64,000 nucleotides of DNA, taken from Octopus sinensis (Eukaryota). Under the pieces are notes generated by a model. That model worked only from the letters and a program-made list of their open reading frames with translations. It searched no databases and had not been told where the DNA came from. The stretch lies in NCBI RefSeq assembly GCF_006345805.1, contig NC_043008.1, forward strand, positions 15,624,001 to 15,688,000. Direction: 5' to 3'. Below are positions 56,584-64,000 of the stretch, in pieces; position 1 is the first letter of the stretch; every line of letters starts with the position of its first letter. The position numbers and the translations under genes are program-made.

Positions 56584-57962
56584 ATGTGTGTGTCTTTGTG
56601 CCTGTGTTTGCCCCTCTACCATCGTTTGACAAGTGATGATGGTGTGTTTATGTCCCTGTAACTCAGCGGTTCGGCAAGTTAGAGCGATGGTGTAATTACT
56701 AGGCTTACAACAATTAAGTCCTGGGGTCGATTCCTTCGACTAAGGAGGTGCCCCACGTGCATTCTGTCGTATAGAGAAGCGTTAAAAATACACTCTTAAC
56801 TGACAGTAATAAATATTGTATAACGCCTAGTGTACAATATGCACGTCCGCTCCATAACATAACCGACACATGGTTGTATATAATCGTGTGTGTGTGTGTA
56901 CATGTGTGTGTGTGTGTGTGAGTGCGTGTGTGTATATATGTATCTATACATATGTGTCTGTGTTCATGTACTGCAATGCCGCCATGATATATTGTTTTTC
57001 TTCTTGCTTAAACGTGTTCGGGCCATTTGTTGTCGAGTGCGTAGAATGCAATTGTGCCTTTCTTTGGTTCTTTTAAAAGAATTCTCGTGATTCTCTTTCG
57101 CATAAAATTGAATGTTTCAGCACGGTGCATTCATCGACTGATACAAAATATACATTTTTTGTTAAAGCTTTTATTGTATTTTTAGCTGATAGGGAAACAT
57201 TTTCCTTATCATTAACAGGATATTATAGCCCCATTAAACAACGCACGCTTTGTAATGGGAATGTAAATCACGTGATCTCTATTTTCCAAGTCAATTATTA
57301 TGTGGGCCGCGTTCCACATATTTTAATTAGACATATATATTTAAGCATAGACAAACGCACACGTAAGCAAACAGAGACCGTGCCACAAATATATACGCGA
57401 GTGTGTGAAAACGAGCGTTTGTCTGTGTATGTACTTGGCGTGCTACACTGAGGGAATAAAACCGTTTATTAGTGGAGTATATCGACATAACAGCTGAAAT
57501 ACAATAAGCTAGAAATAAAATACGAGAGAGCATCTCTGAAAAGGAGATGCAGTATCTTATGCTACAGGGATTCAGCATAGTGCAAATGTTAATGCTGTTC
57601 TTAGTGACTAAGAGGATACTAAACATAGGAAATAGTTGATTTAAAATTGTTGTTTTTATAACGGTGAGAATGCGCTGAGGGAAATTAAAAATAATTAATA
57701 TTTCCATGTGAAGTAAGGAAAAAATCAACGTTTTCAGAATTAGCGAAGAGCACAGAAATAAGTTTTGTGTATATATACAGAAATATGTATATAGGGACAT
57801 TTCCAAAGTATTCAGTTAGATAAACATACATACGCGCTCCCTAGCAGAAACCAAACAAGTGCGGACGCACATAACACGTTCACATACATATAATGGAATA
57901 TACACATATACGTGAGAACGGGCAGAAACTCAGTCAGATACATATAGATACAAAGACATACA

Positions 57963-57963
57963 C

Positions 57964-58041
<78 letters not shown>

Positions 58042-58247
58042 ATGTCTGCCTGTCCGTCTGTCTGTCTTTTTGTCTGTCTGACCGTCTGTCTGTATTTATC
58101 TGTCTATCTATTTATCTCTCTCTCTCTCTCTCTATCTATCTATGTATCTATCTATTTATCTATCATCTCTCTTTTTCCCTCTATCTATCAATCTCATTCT
58201 CTCTATCTGTCTATCTGTCTATCCATCTATCAATTACTCTCTATCTT

Positions 58248-58310
<63 letters not shown>

Positions 58311-58327
58311 CTCTCTCTATCTGTCTC

Positions 58328-58378
<51 letters not shown>

Positions 58379-58385
58379 GTTTATC

Positions 58386-58416
<31 letters not shown>

Positions 58417-58464
58417 CTATGTATCTATCTATCTATCTATTTATCTATCTATCTATCATCTATC

Positions 58465-58547
<83 letters not shown>

Positions 58548-58751
58548 ATGTCTGCCTGTCCGTCTGTATGTCTTTTTGTCTGTCTGACCGTCTGTCTGTA
58601 TTTATCTGTCTATCTATTTATCTCTCTCTCTCTATATATCTATCTATGTATCTATCTATTTATCTATCATCTCTCTGTTTCCCTCTATCTATCAATCTCT
58701 TTCTCTCTATCTGTCTATCTGTCTATCCATCTATCAATTACTCTCTATCTT

Positions 58752-58783
<32 letters not shown>

Positions 58784-59009
58784 ATCTATCTATCTATCTA
58801 TCTATCTATCTATATGTCTGCCTGTCCGTCTGTATGTCTTTTTGTCTGTCTGACCGTCTGTCTGTATTTATCTGTCTATCTATTTATCGCTCTCTCTCTA
58901 TATATCTATCTATGTATCTATCTATTTATCTATCATCTCTCTTTTTCCTTCTATCTATCAATCTCTTTCTCTCTATCTGTCTATCTGTCTATCCATCTAT
59001 CAATTACTC

Positions 59010-59060
<51 letters not shown>

Positions 59061-59079
59061 CTCTCTCTCTATCTGTCTC

Positions 59080-59141
<62 letters not shown>

Positions 59142-59157
59142 CATCTATCTATCTAAA
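57963..59157. repeat. (TATC)n complex with a triplicated higher-order unit
   Basis: ATGTCTGCCTGTCCGTCTG starts at 58042, 58548 and 58814. Confidence 0.96.
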
Positions 59158-59171
59158 TAGACAGATATAGA

Positions 59172-59257
<86 letters not shown>

Positions 59258-59927
59258 CATCTAATTATGCATAGATACCTATAGTTACATGTTTTCTATA
59301 GACCTATATGCACCTAACCACATCTATCTCTCTTCTCTATAAATCTGCACACATACAAACAGGCACATAGCGGGGCACAGACAAACAAACGCACAAGCGC
59401 ACATCATACCCTCTCCCCCTACATAAGTGGTTTTTTATTGTAGTTCAAACCCGATTTACAAATATGGTGCTATCTAAGTGAGTGTTTACGTACATGTAGT
59501 GTTAGGTACCTGCACTTCTATTCCGTGTGAATATGTCTCTCACGTGCTTATGTATGTATGTATGTATGTTATAAGCACGCGCGTAAATATATCTACTATA
59601 TACGTGTATATCAATCTATATATGTTCTATTAGTATTTGTTTGTTGAATAGTGTAGATGTGATATATGTATATTACACCTAAATTCTCTTACTCTCTCCC
59701 TCCCCCTTTCTCTGTATATATATATAATATACATCTTGTACTCTCCAGGTGGAGTTTTTTTTCTTCTTTTCATGGTACCTCTACGCAACAGTATAATATG
59801 ATATACTTACATACATACACATACAGATAAGTAGATATATAGATAGATAAATAGATATATGAATATATGTAGAGAGATAAATAGATAGATTGATACATAA
59901 ATAGAGAGATAGATGGATAAATAGATA

Positions 59928-60074
59928 AGAGATTCCTTCTCCAGAGACCCCTTCCAATTTGCCAGCAAACTATTCGTGCAGCTAAGATTTGGGGCATTCA
60001 GAGGAGACAAAGAAGGCTTTGAGCAGCATCTTTGGCAAACATACTCATACTCACAGAATGAGATGACAAAGTAA
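59928..60074 (+). mobile_element. Fragment of a HERO/NeSL-like non-LTR ORF
   Basis: RDSFSRDPFQFASKLF..G...KEGFEQHLWQTYS resembles the recalled pre-RT pattern FxxDPFxFxKxLF...G...LExHLxxTYS. Confidence 0.5.
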
Positions 60075-60295
60075 TGTCAGGGCCTCTTTCTGCGAAATTT
60101 AACGACAGCGGACACAGTCGTATAAACATTACCCCAAAGCAATATCCAAACAGTTGCGGATGGGCAATGAAAATATCACATCTGTATTCAATGATTTACA
60201 TCACACATAACCCAAGATCGTTTTTGTTGTGCCAGCATAGCTATAAAAATGGTTTAAAATGTCAGTCAAATCAATATATCCGCAAATTTATATAC

Positions 60296-60420
60296 GTGAT
60301 GTGGTTAGGGTGTTGCACTCCCAATCGCGAGATCCTGGTTTCGATTCTCAGATAGACTGCGCACTGTAGTTTGAAGCAAAGCTCTTCGTCTCCGGTTCAG
60401 TCAGTTGTAAATGAATAACC
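60296..60420 (+). mobile_element. Degenerate family-D SINE
   Basis: GTGATGTGGTTAGGG A-box-like, GGTTTCGATTC B box, TTCAGTCAGTTGTAAATGA. Confidence 0.65.
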
Positions 60421-62596
60421 TGAAGCATTTTTGGCGTTCTGTTCAGATGGAGGGAAATATCACTTTCGAAGACTTCAACAGTGCCAGATGAATTATTGTG
60501 ATATAGAAGTGTAAACATCAGATGGTCTGGTCGTTACATATCTGCATTCATTCGTTTAAATAAATAGATTTATAGCTTTTAGAAGAACTGTAGTCTAATG
60601 GACCTCTATAAAATCGTACTAAAGCGCCTTGAATCGTACTTGTGTGCAATGCGTAACTTCTGTTTGTGATAGATATTCTTTCCTTTTCTCTAGAACGGAG
60701 GCACTTCTGTTTTGAAGATAATCAATAGAAACAAACTCTTACGGAATTTGACAAGTGAATATCAGGCAAATTTGTTATTGTTTCTGATGTTCAAAGAGCT
60801 AGACCTAAGCAACGAAACTCATTAAAAAATACGAACGGCTGTCCTTGACACAGATTATTTGATTGTTAAATATCACATTACAAATGGCAGAATATCGAAG
60901 CATGAGTTTTAAATAAAATAGCACACCGACTTGGGGGAGGCGAATGTGATTTCAAGCAAAGAAAATCATTGAAATTATATGTGATCGGTAAACAGATAAT
61001 TCTCATCGGAGACGGTAAAGAAAGAGATTAAAATGCAAGAAAAACTGCTACATCAAGCAACTAGAGGTCATGTAAACGTTGAATTAGGTACAGAAGAAAA
61101 GCAGAGCATTGAACACATTAGATTAACATACATACATGCAACTAAAGTACAATAGTGATTAGTCAGTGAGCTGTTACAAATGATATAGTGTATACCATAA
61201 TTAAATAAGAACGACTGGCAATGTATATATCTTAAAGATGTAATTATTTCACGTTACCGTTCATAAAGAAAAAAGATACAATAAAACAATACAAAACCAG
61301 ACGAAGAACAATTAAATAATTATCTCCATCAGATGTACATTTAAAAATACACTCGTATATACATACAAGTGTTTCTATGTGTATTTCTGTGATTGTGTGT
61401 GTGTCTAAGTGCATCTGTGTATGTGTGTGTTCGTGTGTGTATTTATGCATAAAAAAACGAAATATAATGGAGAAATTAATGTGTATTATACACACATGTT
61501 AATAATTACATTGGCGCTACCTGGTTGGTGATATATAATATCTCCAGTAGCCAAGAAGTAATTGAATGTGTACAGATAAGAAAATGTTGTGAAAGCAATA
61601 TATATGTAAACAAAATACATGGACAATCAATGTTTGCTCACCCAGATAAATTACATAGAAACAGTTATTCCACCGATTTGTGAATATTTCTAATTATGTA
61701 TACATGTATCCTAATTATTGACTGTAGTAATTAAATACATATTTAGTGCACAGCAGCAAACAAATATATTATTATTGCACACAGAAATATGTGCCACATA
61801 CATCGACATGCCTTCTAATATAAAACGTAAATACTCGGTCCTCCCATAGCTTCACTCTACTCTGCTAGATGGAGCACTACTACTCACTTTGAACGAATGC
61901 TCAACCTTCAACTATTCCAAGTGGAATATATTTTGTCTTCAATGATCTGATATGGCAACACATTAGCTAACAACCTCTGTGGAGATTTTGGCGAAATGCC
62001 TGCTTTACACAGATATTAAATGTTCTCTTATTATATTTCAGCTTTTTTATTCCTATTAGCTCGGTAATTCGTTTGTCATGGCACGAAAAATCTTTTTACG
62101 TATGGAAAATTTTCTCAAAATGTTTGAAAAACTAGACCGCATACATTTTACGTTAAGGGCCACGTTTCCGTGGCTTTGTTCTTAATGAAGGAAATTAACG
62201 TGTCATATCGCCTAATTTTGAGAAGCTGTCTAACACCCCATCCCTGTACATGATATTGTGTCTTATACTCTCGAAATATGCACATGTTTGTAAGATAGTT
62301 CTACTTCAGGTCCTTTACTGCGTTCTATATTATAATACCGAGTAACATACATTTTACGGTATCCTCTTTTAATACACCTAATCTAAATGTTGTATATTCA
62401 TTTCCATAGGACGTCAGTAGCTACCAGTCTTTATAAGACTATTTAAATCTTTTTCAGATAAATTCCAAGATCATTTTGAAAACAGCGATCGTTGAAAATC
62501 TTATTGGACCGATGCCTATTTAAGCCAATACATCAGACCCTGCAATTCTCATATTTATTCCCAATTCTACAGTTTGAAGTTAATCTTGTCTTATTC

Positions 62597-62735
62597 TTTT
62601 TAAGCCTAGTACTTATTCTATCGTTCTATTTTGCCGAACCGCTAAGTTACGGGGACTAACACACCAGCATCGTTTGGCAAGTGATGTTGGGAGGACAAAC
62701 ACAGACACACAAACGTATACACACACACACGCACT

Positions 62736-62770
<35 letters not shown>

Positions 62771-62914
62771 GACGGGCTTCTTTCAGTTTCCGTCTTACCA
62801 AATACACTCGAGGCATTGGTCGGCTCGAGGTTATAGTAGAATACACTGTGGGACTGATCCTGGAACCATGTGGTTGGTAAGCAAGCTACTTACCACACAG
62901 CCACTTCTATGCCT
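62597..62914 (-). mobile_element. Family-B SINE
   Basis: Reverse complement of the 46276 copy, with internal (CA)(TA) tract. Confidence 0.92.
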
Positions 62915-62989
62915 AAGGTTTCCCAAATATTATTGTCCTCATCGTTTATACATGAGAAAAGATGATGTGTTGAATCATGGCAGTCAATA

Positions 62990-63450
62990 TGCGAAAACTA
63001 CCAATACTGTAATTATGAGGAATCCTATCTCGGTAGCGACATGGATAATGAAGACCAACGTTTGTAAGGTTTATATTGTTATCCGGGGAACATATAAGCA
63101 TCAAGTAACAACAAAGAAGTAAACAAATAAACACTTAAGAGAACACTCGGCTAAAATATTTTCCGATCAGTTCCCTCTCTTGCCACATTGTGTTTTTCAG
63201 AAAGTGAGATATGATAAAGTACAAAATGTGACCAAAACTTTATGATATAAACAAGCATTAACCGTAACGACTCAGCTTCACGTTTGAGATGGAAATAGAT
63301 GGAGTTTTGAGACTATACTCTTTCTTGAGACGGACAACATAGGGGAAATATTTGCATCATTTACAGAATCAACAGTCAAGATAACAGTAATAGTTGCTGA
63401 TTTCGAATCGGCTCTTGACCTCACACTATATTGTCAGGTAAATGAAAATG
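62990..63450 (+). mobile_element. Decayed Penelope-like RT relic
   Basis: GSDMD (GVAMG), NKH*P*RLSFTFEMEIDGVL (NxxHPxLxFTxExExDGxL) and RRTT*GKYLHH (RKPTxTGxYLH). Confidence 0.58.
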
Positions 63451-63495
63451 AATTAATTCACTGTAAATACTCGCTCCTATGTATTGCGAACTCAA

Positions 63496-63496
<1 letters not shown>

Positions 63497-63579
<83 letters not shown>

Positions 63580-63763
63580 AATCAATCAATGTATGTATGT
63601 ATGTATGTATGTATGTATGTATGTATGTATGTATCTATCTATCTTTCTACCTGTCTGTCTGTCTGTCTATCTATCTCTATATGTATGTATGTATGCATCT
63701 ATCTGTCTGTCTATGTATGTATGTATGTATGTATCTATCTAATCTATCTATCTATCTATCTAA

Positions 63764-63848
<85 letters not shown>

Positions 63849-63862
63849 TATATATATATATC
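63497..63862. repeat. (TATC)n/(TATG)n/(TA)n microsatellite
   Basis: Direct reading. Confidence 0.97.
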
Positions 63863-64000
63863 AACAATTGAGGGTAAATATTATATATATATATATATGT
63901 CTGTCTGTTTGTATGTATGTCTCTCTCTCTCTCGCTTTCTCTCTCTCTCGCTCTCTCTATCTCTATCTATATGTATATTTATATCATATCAACCAAGCTG

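Larger units (their letters stand above)
56190..56760 (+). mobile_element. Family-B SINE split by an insertion in its internal (TA)n
   Basis: Head half about 56190-56335, tail half about 56585-56760. Confidence 0.85.

Noticed and set aside
57893-59170. 342-aa and other YLSI-repeat ORFs
   Set aside because: (TATC)n translation with no non-repeat domain.
60720-60800. Candidate exon (pyrimidine tract-CTAG ... AA|GTGAAT)
   Set aside because: Short, no recognisable peptide, no partner exons; expected by chance in 64 kb.
60930-61010. GKQIILIGD resembling a PIF1/Helitron helicase motif
   Set aside because: No Walker A motif and wrong spacing to the supposed Walker B.

Overview
AT-rich, repeat-dominated eukaryotic DNA, almost certainly cephalopod (Octopus-like). 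The species is inferred from recalled SINE families and the microsatellite load, not from a database search. I find no supportable host protein-coding gene, rRNA, true tRNA or CRISPR array, and nearly all ORF-track entries are translations of microsatellites or SINEs. The window contains large (TA)n, (TTA)n, (GAT)n, (CTT)n and (TATC)n tracts and more than 25 SINE copies from about five families, labelled A-E here. It also holds CR1-like LINE 3' ends, an R4/Dong-like element sitting in (TAA)n, a HERO-like fragment, a mariner relic, and Tc1/mariner- and piggyBac-like MITEs. A 100-N scaffold gap lies at 36530-36629. Much of the apparently unique DNA translates, with stops and frameshifts, into ordered Penelope-like (PLE) RT or GIY-YIG motifs. 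PLE-type terminal fragments next to (TA)n carry minimal hammerhead-ribozyme motifs; the best is 56481-56555 on the minus strand. Other notable structures are a 557-bp fold-back palindrome, head-to-tail SINE arrays with recurrent microhomology junctions, several inverted repeats, and microsatellite-bounded tandem duplications, some of which may be assembly artefacts. I do not see convincing evidence of a wholly new biological system. The most promising leads are the hammerhead-bearing elements, the fold-back element and the self- or microsatellite-targeted insertion patterns.
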